Shown one piece after another: positions 10,944 to 20,235 of a DNA stretch of 64,000 nucleotides (position 1 is the stretch's first letter; the number at the start of each line of letters is the position of its first letter). The notes below the pieces were generated by a model. The model was not told where the DNA came from and did not search any database. It worked only from the letters and a program-made list of their open reading frames with translations. The translations under genes and the position numbers were made by a program. The stretch is taken from positions 992,001 through 1,056,000 of the forward strand of contig CAWHAZ010000005.1 in assembly GCA_963827475.1 (NCBI GenBank), given 5' to 3'. Origin of the DNA: an uncultured Chloroflexia bacterium. GTDB taxonomy: Bacteria > Chloroflexota > Limnocylindria > QHBO01.

Positions 10944-11663
10944 ATGGCCGAGGGCTCGGTGGAGTGCGCGAACTGCGGCCGCGCCAACCCGGCGTGGGCC
11001 ACGGTCTGCCGTTCCTGCGGCGCGCCCATGCACCCGGCGGCCGCGGACCCGGCCACCGCCCCCGCCGTGGACCGATCCGTGGCCGGGGTCGACCAGGGAT
11101 CGCTGATCGCGATCGGAGCGGCGCTCGGGACGATCGTGGCGGCCATCGTCATCGGCATGCTGGTCGGCGGCATCCTGCCGCCCGCGCCGCCGATCGCCGC
11201 CGCTACCCCGTCGCCGTCCGCCAGTGCCGAGCCGACCCCGGCCCCGACACCGAACCCGAGCGCCAGCGCCGGGTCGCCAGGGCCGTCGTTGACCCCGGGC
11301 CCGGTTCTGCCGGGCACGCTGACCTTCGGCCTGGGCCTGAACACTGAGACCCAGAGAGTGACGAACCCGACGGACACGTTCACCGCCGGCACCACGTTCG
11401 CCCACTCGGTCGAGCTCACCACGCCCTTCGGGGTGACTCAGATCGGTGAGGGCGTGTCGCGGGTCAACGAGGACCGGACCGAGACGCTGGTGATCAACGA
11501 GGCAGACAACGTGATCACCGGCATCAACCCCAACGCCCTGGTCGACGGGTTCACGGTGGAGACGAACGCGCTCCTCGATGCGCTCGGCCCCGGGACCTAC
11601 GTCATGCGGGTCTACCGAGGGTCCGAGCTGCTCGCCGAAGGCACCTTCATCCTCGTCGAGTAG
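10944..11663 (+). CDS. Zinc-ribbon membrane protein with Pro/Ser-rich linker and extracellular domain
   Basis: CANC...CRSC, one TM helix, PSPSASAEPTPAPTP linker. Confidence 0.75.
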   Translation: MAEGSVECANCGRANPAWATVCRSCGAPMHPAAADPATAPAVDRSVAGVDQGSLIAIGAALGTIVAAIVIGMLVGGILPPAPPIAAATPSPSASAEPTPAPTPNPSASAGSPGPSLTPGPVLPGTLTFGLGLNTETQRVTNPTDTFTAGTTFAHSVELTTPFGVTQIGEGVSRVNEDRTETLVINEADNVITGINPNALVDGFTVETNALLDALGPGTYVMRVYRGSELLAEGTFILVE

Positions 11664-12495
11664 CCGCCACCTCGTCCCACGCCTCGGCGTACAGGTCGGC
11701 CCGGACCGGCAGGTAGCCGGGGTACGCCACTCGCGCCCGGACGACCTCCTCGCGCTCGAGGGTGACGAGCGCCATCCGGTCGGTCGTCTCGACCAGCGGC
11801 GTGCCCGACGGGTCGATCGCCACCGACGGACCACCGATGAGCACGCCGGCCTCCGGATCGGGTCGATTCACCGACAGGACGTACGTGGCGGAGGTCAGCG
11901 CGCTGGCCCGGAACACGATCTTCCAGCGCTGATAGGTCTTCTCCTCGGTGGCGCGGGGAATGAGGATCGCCTCGGCGCCGAGGGCGCCGAGCAGGTGCGC
12001 TCCCTCCGGCCGGTTGGTGTCAGAGCAGATCTGGATCCCGATCGGCATGCCGAAGGCGTCGATGGGCCGCGCGACCGCCGTCCCAGGGTCGTAGTGGCTC
12101 GTCTCCCAGAATCCGGGCTCCTCGGGGAGATGCAGCTTCTCGAAGGTCGAGACCAGCTCGCCCGCCGCGTCGAACACGAGTGCGCGGCTCGTCCGCCGCC
12201 CCGCCTCGTCGCGATGGATGATCCCGCCCACCAGGCCGATCCCCGCCCGTCGGGCTGCCTCCGCCTGGGCCGTCATCCGTGGCCCGTCCATCGGCTCCGC
12301 GTCGTCGTCGACCGCCTCCTTGGTGGCGGGTCGCCACGGGTGGAGCGGCAGCTCGGGCAGGAGGGCGATGTCCGCTCCCCGGCGAGCGGCCTCGTCCAAC
12401 CGCTGGTCGAGACGGCCCAGGCCGTCCGGCTGCCAGAACACCTCGCTGACGAGGGCGACGGTCAGCCGCCCGTCGGCCCGTTGCACCGCGCTCAT
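11647..12495 (-). CDS. Carbon-nitrogen hydrolase (nitrilase superfamily amidase)
   Basis: Catalytic triad contexts LPEL, FEKLHLP and QICSD. Confidence 0.92.
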   Translation of the reverse strand: MSAVQRADGRLTVALVSEVFWQPDGLGRLDQRLDEAARRGADIALLPELPLHPWRPATKEAVDDDAEPMDGPRMTAQAEAARRAGIGLVGGIIHRDEAGRRTSRALVFDAAGELVSTFEKLHLPEEPGFWETSHYDPGTAVARPIDAFGMPIGIQICSDTNRPEGAHLLGALGAEAILIPRATEEKTYQRWKIVFRASALTSATYVLSVNRPDPEAGVLIGGPSVAIDPSGTPLVETTDRMALVTLEREEVVRARVAYPGYLPVRADLYAEAWDEVAATRRG

Positions 12496-12800
12496 TCCTC
12501 TCCCTCCTGCGCCGCGATCACCAGACCAATGAGGTACGAGGCGTTGCGGCTCACGTCGGAGTACTCCTTTGGGCGCAGGCTGCCGAGCTCGTTGTAGCGC
12601 TCGACAAACCGCTCGTGGCCCTTGCGGCCCTCGGTCTGGCCCCAGCTACTCGAGGCCGGCGTGAAGAAGATCTCGCCCGTGCGCGAGATCCCGACCGTGA
12701 ACGACTTCCCGGTGACCGTGGTCAGCGGCCGGCCCTCGAACCGTCGAGCGAGGGCGACCAGGTCGTCGTAGGTCAGTGGCGCCGCCTGAGCAGCGCTCAT
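12492..12800 (-). CDS. Hypothetical protein (102 aa)
   Basis: ATGA overlaps on both sides inside an operon; globular composition. Confidence 0.75.
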   Translation of the reverse strand: MSAAQAAPLTYDDLVALARRFEGRPLTTVTGKSFTVGISRTGEIFFTPASSSWGQTEGRKGHERFVERYNELGSLRPKEYSDVSRNASYLIGLVIAAQEGEE

Positions 12801-13929
12801 CGGTCAGCCCCCTCGCCCAGGAACTCGCGGACCAGGTTCTGGAAGTGGTACACGCCGTTCTCGCGCAGGGCGCTGAACCGGCCCCGGTCGTAGGCCCGCG
12901 ACCGCAGGCCGCGCTGGACCTGCTCGCACAGGACGATGTCCTCCTGCTGGATCTGGTCCGAGAACGCGATCCCCTGCTGCATCGACTCCCACCCGGCTCC
13001 GGTCCCCGGCTCGGCGAAGAACCACTCGAAGATCGTCAGCGTCCGCTCGTGGCCGAGCGGCAGGACGAGGTTCGACGACAGGTTGTCGGGGTAGATGTTG
13101 AACATCGTGTTCGGGAAGACCCAGTAGTACAGGGCGCTGTCCTCGCCGTCGCCGGTCCGCATGAACCGCCGGTCGCGCCCGACCTCCTCGCCCGGCTTCA
13201 GCTCGCGGATGGGGGCGTAGCTGACTTCGAGTAGTAGCGGAACTCCTCGACCCGGTAGGCGTCGTAGTCGACCTCGCGGAACAGGTCCGGGTGGGCAATC
13301 GGCAGGTGGTAGCCCTCGAGGTAGTTGTCGACGTAGACCTTCCAGTTGCAGTCGATGACGTACTCGCGCCGCTCGACGAGCCGCATGTGGTCGATGTCGA
13401 AGCCGGCCGCGGCAACCTCGGCCGGGATCGCGCCGAGGACGTCACCCAGCGGCGGCGCGTCCGGATCCAGGTTCGCGAAGACGAACGGTCCCCAGCGCTC
13501 GACCCGGATCGGGACCAGGCCGTAGTCCTCCTTGCGGAAGTCCTCGGTGGCCTCCATCTCCGGGCAGGCGCGCAGCGTGCCATCCAGCCCGTAGGTCCAG
13601 CCGTGGTATCGGCACTGGAGGCTCTTCCGGTTGCCCTTGGCCAGGGCCACCTGCCCCGCCCGGTGGCGGCAGACGTTGTAGAAGCCGCGCAGCTCCCCGT
13701 CGATGCCGTGGGTGACGACGATCGGCTCGTCGACGATGCTCCCCGGCACGAAGTCCCCGACCCGGCTCAGGTCCTCGGTGCGCGCCACGAGCTGCCAGGT
13801 GCGGGAGAAGATTCGGTCCTTCTCGGCGTCCAGGACGACGGGATCGAGGTAGTAGCGCGACGGGATCGTCGCGGCCCGGGCCAGCGGGACCGATGTTCCT
13901 TCGACCGATGCGGGCGGCATGCCCGTCAC
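12797..13929 (-). CDS. Rieske non-heme iron oxygenase alpha subunit, choline monooxygenase-like (frameshift near 13225)
   Basis: CRHR...CRYHGW Rieske ligands; NWKVYVDNYLEGYHLPIAHP; C-terminal EDIVLCEQVQRGL in second frame. Confidence 0.93.
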
Positions 13930-15827
13930 GGCAGGTCACCGCTCGCGGTCCGCTCTCCCGCGGCGTCGCGACCGTAGGTCAGCTCGCCGCCGGCGTCGGT
14001 CTGTGCCGTCAGGCTGAACGTGCCCTCGTCGTCGTTGATGATCGCGTCGCCGGTCAGTGCCAGGCCCTCCGAGAAGGCGCAGTGGTCGAGCGCGACGGCA
14101 TAGCCGACGTCGTTCGATTCATACGTGATCGTACCGCCGTAGTGACAGCCGTAGGTCAGCGGCGACTGCCCATCCCAGTACCACCAGTCCGGCGAGGTGT
14201 GGATCTCGTCGTCGACCGCGCCCAGGGCGTCCAGGGTCGAGGGGTAGTCGTCGACCGACGCCGCCGGGATCGGAACGTAGGGATCGACCCCGATGAACTC
14301 GCACTCCACCTCGCGACTGTCGGGCAGCGTCCCGCTCAGCAGGTAGGCGTCGAGGAGCTCGTCGGGGCAGGCCTCGCCTCGATACGAGATGACGTGCGGT
14401 CCGCCGGGCTGGGTGATGAGGTACGAGTTGTCGAGGTGAGCGGCCAGCCGTTGCGCGTTGGCGTATGGGGTGTAGGGATCCCACGTGGCGCCCAGGATGA
14501 AGACCGGGTACGGCGTGTCGCCGAGGTACGCGGGTCGCGTCTCCGGCCCGTGCGACGGCCAGTAGGCGCACGGGAGATCGAGGAAGTAACCGCTGCCCAG
14601 CCGCATCCCGTCAACCCCGGCGGCCGCACCGGCCGCGAAGTAGGCGTCGGCCCGCTGGTCGGCCGTGCCGGAACCGAAGGCGTAGTCCCCGCAGTCGACC
14701 GCGAAGTACAGGGCGTCGGACCAGGTCGGGTCGATGAGCGCCTTGAGGGTCTCCGGGTCCTGGCCGAGGGCGCCGTAGAGCAGCCGAGCCATGGGCAGGA
14801 GCTGGCCCCGGGAAGCCTGGGCCATCGCCCGCTGGAGGAACATGCGGTCGGTCGACGGACTCAGGTAGCTGCTCGCCGCAATCTCCAGGTCGTTGAGCCC
14901 AAACTCGCGGCGCTCCACGTCCCCGGATGCGGTCACGAAGTCGAAGCTCATCGGTCCGTCGCGCAGGGCCTCGGCCAGCCGGTCGTAGGCATCCAGGGCG
15001 TCCCCGCCCTCGACGTCGGAGCTGCAGACCGGGCCCGCGGTGCACGTGTCGAGCACGTCCGCCAGCACCGCGCCGGCCGCCTCGGTGGACTCGACGTAGT
15101 AGTCGGGGCCATCCACGGTGAGGTCGACTGGTCCGTCGATGAACAGCGCCGCGACCCGCTCGGGGTGGGCGGCCGCAAAGGCCTGGACGTACTGGGTCCC
15201 GTAGCTCTCGCCAAACAGGACGACCTCCTCCGCGCCGTGCCACCCGAGGAAGGCCTCCAGGTCCTCGACCGCCTGGGCCGTGCTGTACAGGTCCAGGTCG
15301 TCGGGATCGACCCCGGCCTCGGCCACGCAGTCGGCCACGTAGGCCTCGGTGGCGCCGCGGAACGCCTCCGCCTCCGCGGCCGTGCCGGTCGGGATCTCCG
15401 GGGTCGTGTACCAGGCCAGGGACGCCGCGGGGCACTGGAGCGGCTGCGACAGGCCGATCCCCCGCTGGTCGAAGAAGATGATGTCGTAGCGCTCGGGAAC
15501 CTCCGGGTCGAAGTAGGTCGTGTAGTCGTCGGCGACCGCGATGCCGGACGTGCCCGGGCCGCCGGTCGCGTACACGAGGACCCCATCGCGTGTGCCGCTC
15601 AGGGCTCGCTGGATGGCGAACGTCACCTCCCACGTCTCGCCGCCCGCGTCGGCGTGATCGCGCGGGACGTTCAGCGTGACGCAGCTGAAGCCGCTGTCCG
15701 GGCAGCCTCGTTCGCGGACGAAGGTGGGGTCGCGCTCGATGAGCAGCGTCGCCAGCGCCCAGACCCCGATCCCGAGCGCCACGAGCAGGCCGAACACGAG
15801 CAGCGGGCGGCTGGACAGGGCCGACAT
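13926..15827 (-). CDS. Exported alpha/beta hydrolase, TAP-like (peptidase S33)
   Basis: GGPGTSG, DQRGIG, GESYGT nucleophile, DPYTPY and GPH; N-terminal membrane anchor. Confidence 0.9.
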   Translation of the reverse strand: MSALSSRPLLVFGLLVALGIGVWALATLLIERDPTFVRERGCPDSGFSCVTLNVPRDHADAGGETWEVTFAIQRALSGTRDGVLVYATGGPGTSGIAVADDYTTYFDPEVPERYDIIFFDQRGIGLSQPLQCPAASLAWYTTPEIPTGTAAEAEAFRGATEAYVADCVAEAGVDPDDLDLYSTAQAVEDLEAFLGWHGAEEVVLFGESYGTQYVQAFAAAHPERVAALFIDGPVDLTVDGPDYYVESTEAAGAVLADVLDTCTAGPVCSSDVEGGDALDAYDRLAEALRDGPMSFDFVTASGDVERREFGLNDLEIAASSYLSPSTDRMFLQRAMAQASRGQLLPMARLLYGALGQDPETLKALIDPTWSDALYFAVDCGDYAFGSGTADQRADAYFAAGAAAGVDGMRLGSGYFLDLPCAYWPSHGPETRPAYLGDTPYPVFILGATWDPYTPYANAQRLAAHLDNSYLITQPGGPHVISYRGEACPDELLDAYLLSGTLPDSREVECEFIGVDPYVPIPAASVDDYPSTLDALGAVDDEIHTSPDWWYWDGQSPLTYGCHYGGTITYESNDVGYAVALDHCAFSEGLALTGDAIINDDEGTFSLTAQTDAGGELTYGRDAAGERTASGDLP

Positions 15828-15955
15828 CCGCGGCATGCTAGCAGCCGGACACCGTGCGGGAATCCTTGCCGCGGAGGCGAGCCTCCGTGGTACACCACGG
15901 CCTACATATCGGCGCGCCGTCCTGCCCGACGGCCTGCGCTCCCGAAGGAGGGTTC

Positions 15956-16825
15956 ATGAGCACATTGCGACGTGGTTTGGCCCTGCTGGCCGGCCTCCTT
16001 GTCGTCGCGGCCTGCCAGGGCGGAACGGCGGAGATTCCGGCCACCGTCTGTGTCGGCGAGGCGACGACCTACCTCGACTGGTTGAACGGTGACCTGCTGC
16101 CGGACGTACCCGACGAGATCGTCGAGCCGGCGGATCCGACCGGCGACCTGCTCGAGGATATCCAGGAAGCTGGTGTCCTCCGGATCGCAACCGAGGCGAA
16201 CTACGAGCCGCAGTCCTTCCGTGACCCGGACGGCAACTGGGTCGGCTTCGACATCGACGTCGGGACGGCGATCGCCGAGGGCCTGGGCGTCGAGCCCGAG
16301 TTCCAGCACCAGGACTGGGACATCATCACCGCCGGTAGCTGGGCGGAGCGCTGGGACGTCAGCGTCGGTTCGATGACGATCACGACTGACCGAAAGGAGC
16401 TCTTCGGCTTCGCCACGCCGTACTACTTCACGCCGGCGTACATGGCGGCGAGTGAGCGGTCGGGTGTCACCAGCGTGGACGACCTGCCGTTCGACGTACC
16501 GGATGGCGTCGAGGCGATCACGCGCCCGGTCGATGGGAACTGCATCGAGGACATCGAGGCCGGTCGAACCGAGTTCGACCTTCTCATGACCTCGGGCACC
16601 GTCATCGATTCGGCCGTCGACGACGGCCTGCCGATCGTGAAGATCGGCGAGCCGGTCTACACCGAGAACCTGTCCATCGCCCTCGACAAGGCCGGCCCTG
16701 AGCAGGCGGCGCTCCTCTACGAGATCGACCAGATCATCCAAGGGATGCACGAGGATGGAACCCTCACCGCCCTCAGCGAGGAGTGGTTCGGCGCCGACCT
16801 CACCCAGGATCCAAGCGGCGAGTGA
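15956..16825 (+). CDS. Polar amino-acid ABC transporter substrate-binding lipoprotein (SBP family 3), atypical segment order
   Basis: SD AAGGAGG, lipobox VAAC, GFDIDVG, SMTITTDR, PYY, DGTLTALSEEWFG. Confidence 0.92.
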   Translation: MSTLRRGLALLAGLLVVAACQGGTAEIPATVCVGEATTYLDWLNGDLLPDVPDEIVEPADPTGDLLEDIQEAGVLRIATEANYEPQSFRDPDGNWVGFDIDVGTAIAEGLGVEPEFQHQDWDIITAGSWAERWDVSVGSMTITTDRKELFGFATPYYFTPAYMAASERSGVTSVDDLPFDVPDGVEAITRPVDGNCIEDIEAGRTEFDLLMTSGTVIDSAVDDGLPIVKIGEPVYTENLSIALDKAGPEQAALLYEIDQIIQGMHEDGTLTALSEEWFGADLTQDPSGE

Positions 16826-16853
16826 GCCGGGAAGGCTGACACCGGCGACCCAC

Positions 16854-16884
16854 AAGGGCGGGGATCGCAAGGGTCCCCGCCCTT
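16854..16884 (+). terminator. Intercistronic hairpin (attenuator or mRNA stabiliser) after the SBP gene
   Basis: AAGGGCGGGGATC-GCAAG-GGTCCCCGCCCTT followed by TGCCTTT. Confidence 0.7.
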
Positions 16885-16906
16885 TGCCTTTGCATGAGGA
16901 GCCGCC

Positions 16907-17716
16907 ATGACCGTCGCCGTCGGAACCCCGGAGCCCGGTTCACTCCTCGCCCAGATCGAGGCCAGCCAGGCGCGATATCGGTCGATCTTCCGCCTGAAGT
17001 TCTTCCTCACCTGGGCAGCCCTGATCGGTCTGCTCCTCGTCGGCCTGTATGCGACCGGCAACATCGACACCGCGTTCATCGCCGAGTGGGGTCCGTTCAT
17101 CATCGGCGGAGCCGGGCTCACCGTCTTCGTCTCGGCGGTGTCGATCGTGTTCGCCACGATCCTGGCCCTGATCGGCGCCATCGGACGGATGTCCCGCAAC
17201 CCGTACATCAACGGCATCGCCTCGCTCTACGTGTCGCTCGTGCGGGGCACGCCGCTGATCGTCCAGATCTACTTCATCTACCTCGCCCTGCCGCAGCTCG
17301 GCATCGTGCTCGCGGCCATCCCGTCGGGGATCATCGCCCTGAGCTTCAACTACGGCGCGTACATGACCGAGGTGTTCCGGGCCGGTATCCAGGCCGTGCC
17401 GCGCGGCCAGCGCGAGGCGGCCCAGTCGTTGGGTCTCACCGAGCGGCTGGTGATGTGGCGGATCGTCATGCCGCAGGCGTTCCGGATCGTGATCCCGGCC
17501 ATCGGCAACGACTTCGTGGCCATGCTGAAGGACTCCTCGCTGGTCTCGATCCTGGCCGTCGAGGAGCTGCTGTTCCGCTCCCAGCTGGTGGGTCGGCAGA
17601 ACTTCCGAAGCCTCGAGGCACTCGTCATCGCCGCCGCCATGTACTGGATCCTGACCATCGTGTTCAGCTACTTCCAGCAGCGGCTCGAGCAGCGCATGGC
17701 CCGGGGTGACCGATGA
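16907..17716 (+). CDS. Amino-acid ABC transporter permease
   Basis: RGTPLIVQI, AYMTEVFRAGIQAVPRGQREAAQSLG, LKDSSL motifs. Confidence 0.96.
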   Translation: MTVAVGTPEPGSLLAQIEASQARYRSIFRLKFFLTWAALIGLLLVGLYATGNIDTAFIAEWGPFIIGGAGLTVFVSAVSIVFATILALIGAIGRMSRNPYINGIASLYVSLVRGTPLIVQIYFIYLALPQLGIVLAAIPSGIIALSFNYGAYMTEVFRAGIQAVPRGQREAAQSLGLTERLVMWRIVMPQAFRIVIPAIGNDFVAMLKDSSLVSILAVEELLFRSQLVGRQNFRSLEALVIAAAMYWILTIVFSYFQQRLEQRMARGDR

Positions 17717-18547
17717 CCGAATCGACTCCGCCGGCGCCAAGCCACGGACACCGGCATCACGAGGTCATTGCCCCGCATCTCGGCGAGCCCATCGTCCGGG
17801 CCGAGGCCATCGAGAAGTATTACGGGCGGAACCACGTCCTGAAGGGAATGGACCTCACCGTCCGCAAAGGCGAGGCGGTCATGCTCATCGGTCGCTCGGG
17901 AAGCGGCAAGACCACGTTCCTGCGCTGCGTGAACTTCCTCGAGGAGCCCTCGGCCGGCTCGGTCGAGATCGATGGCCTGCGGGTGGCGGCCGATCCGCTG
18001 CACGCGCGAAGCAAGGCCCACCTTGAGCAGATCCGCCAGATCCGGATCCGCGCCGGGATGGTGTTCCAGGACTTCAACCTGTTCCCGCACATGAGCGTCC
18101 TCGCACAACCTCATCGAGGCGCCGACGCGGGTCCTGAAGGTTCCCCGGGCAGAGGCCGTGGAGCGGGCGGAGGCATACCTCGACAAGGTGGGCCTTGCCG
18201 AGAAGCGGGACGAATACCCCGCTCGGCTGTCCGGTGGCCAGAAGCAGCGGGTGGCCATCGCTCGCGCCCTGTGCATGGAGCCCAAGGTCCTCCTCTTCGA
18301 CGAGCCGACCAGCGCCCTGGATCCGGACCTCATCGGTGAGGTGCTGAAGGTGATGGAGCAGCTCGCCCACGAAGGCGCGACGATGATCGTGGTCACCCAC
18401 GAGCTGCATTTCGCGCGGGAGGCGGCCGACCGGGTCGTGTTCCTCGAGGAAGGCGGCGTGGCGGAGGAAGGGCCGCCCGAGAAAATGCTCCACGACCCGG
18501 ACGACGAGCGGACCCGCCAGTTCCTCAGGCGATTCCTGGCCGGCTAG
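17713..18547 (+). CDS. Amino-acid ABC transporter ATP-binding protein (frameshift near 18105)
   Basis: GRSGSGKTT, MVFQDFNLFPH, then LSGGQKQRVAIARAL and LFDEPTSALD in the next frame. Confidence 0.95.
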
Positions 18548-18575
18548 CCGGGCGCGCCTGGGAGGTCCTAGGCGG

Positions 18576-18947
18576 TCACCGCCGCACGCCGTAGACCTGG
18601 GCTCGCGGCAGTCGTGCCGCCTCGTCCTCCGCCCGCACCCGGTCCGTCGCCGGCTTGAACGCCACCGGCGTGTCGCGAGGCTTTCCGCCCTCGTGGGCAA
18701 TCAACCACTGCAGGCCGACCTGGGTGAGCTTGGCCCCGCCGGCCTGACCAGGCTCGATGAACGGAGCGATCAGGAATCGGCGCTGGTGGAGGCGCTCGAC
18801 CGAGACCTGGAGCTCCACCGGGTCGATCCCAAGCTCCGCCGCCAGCGCGTCGAGGTCCAGCTCCCGGTTCGGATACCGGCGCAGGTGGCGCAGGATGGCG
18901 GCTGTCAGCTCGTCCCCGCGCTTGGCGGACGCCTTGGTCGGACTCAC
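18576..18947 (-). CDS. Hypothetical protein, possible winged-helix fold
   Basis: LDALAAELGIDPVELQVSVERL helix-turn-helix-like segment and LTQVG wing end; TATCAT 7 nt before GTG. Confidence 0.6.
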   Translation of the reverse strand: MSPTKASAKRGDELTAAILRHLRRYPNRELDLDALAAELGIDPVELQVSVERLHQRRFLIAPFIEPGQAGGAKLTQVGLQWLIAHEGGKPRDTPVAFKPATDRVRAEDEAARLPRAQVYGVRR

Positions 18948-19005
18948 GGAACGGATGATACCGATGCGCTCGACGCGACGGCCGCCGGGCGGGAGCGGAA
19001 GTCGA

Positions 19006-20219
19006 CTACGCCGGATCGGGGGCCGGCGCCTCGGCTTCTGCCTGGCGAGCGGCCAGGTAGGCGGCCCGGCGAGCCTGTTCGCGCGCCTCGGCCCGCCGCC
19101 GCATGGGGATGACCACGCCGCGCAGCCCGACGCCGATGAGCGCGGCGATGGGGATGGCGATGATGCCGCCGACCAGCCCGCCGAGCGTGATCCCGGCCGT
19201 CACGCCGAGCATGACGACCAGCGGCGAGATGTTGATCGCCTTGCCCTGGACGGTGGGCGTGATGACCGACCCCTCGATCTGCTGGATGATGATCTGCCAG
19301 CCGATCATCAGCAGCACCGCCCCGGGGCCGACCTCGATGCCGGCGATGATCAGGATGGGCACGAGGGCGAACAGTCCGCCGATGTACGGGATGGCCGCCG
19401 TGAAGAAGGCGATGATCCCCATCGGGATGGCGTACGGGATCCCGATCAGCCACATCCCCACTGCGGTGGCGACGCCGATGAAGGCCATCGAGATGAACAG
19501 GCCCGCGCAGGTACTTGCCGAGGCTGTCGATGCCGGTGGTGAGGATGTAGCGCGTCGCCGGGCGGTCCTCGGTGTCCATGAACTCGAGCACGCCGTTCAG
19601 CAGGTGGCGGCGCTCGATGAGCAGGAAGATCTCGATGATCACGATGATCACGACGTTGGCAATGACCGCGATCGTGGACAACGGTGAGGTCGAGGAGGCC
19701 GCCGAGCAGGAACGAGAGGTCCACGCCGTCCGGGAACAGCTGGTCGTAGGCCTCGCTCCCGATCAGCCCTCGAGCCAGGTCGCGAAACGACTCGACGATG
19801 CCGGGGATCGCCTCCACGAACGCTCCGATCGCGGCCAGGGCCGGGCGAGCCGCCAGCAGGATGACGCCGATCACCACGGCGATGACGACGACATTGACCG
19901 TGATGGCGGCGGCCGGCCGTGACATCCGCTGCTCGAACCGGCGGGCGGTCCCGAGCAGACCTGCGGCGAAGAGGAGCGCCAGGAACACGTTCAGGACGAG
20001 CCCGCGCAGGAGCCACAGCAAGCCGAGCACGAGCACGACGGTGACGACCACGGCCACCACCCGGATCGTGATCGCGATCGGCCCCATGGGCTCCGGTGGG
20101 ACTTCGATCTCGTCCGGTGGCAGGGCCTGCGACATGTCCGCGCCGATGTCGGCCGATGAGCCCTCGACCGTGAACCGGTCGCGCAGGCCGGTCATCGCAC
20201 GGCGGATCTGCTGGGTCAT
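19006..20219 (-). CDS. AI-2E (PerM) family transporter (frameshifts near 19680 and 19505)
   Basis: IPYIG, QQIEGSVITP, ISPLVV...GGLVGGIIAIP family motifs spread over three frames. Confidence 0.88.
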
Positions 20220-20235
20220 GACGAACGGGTCGCCG

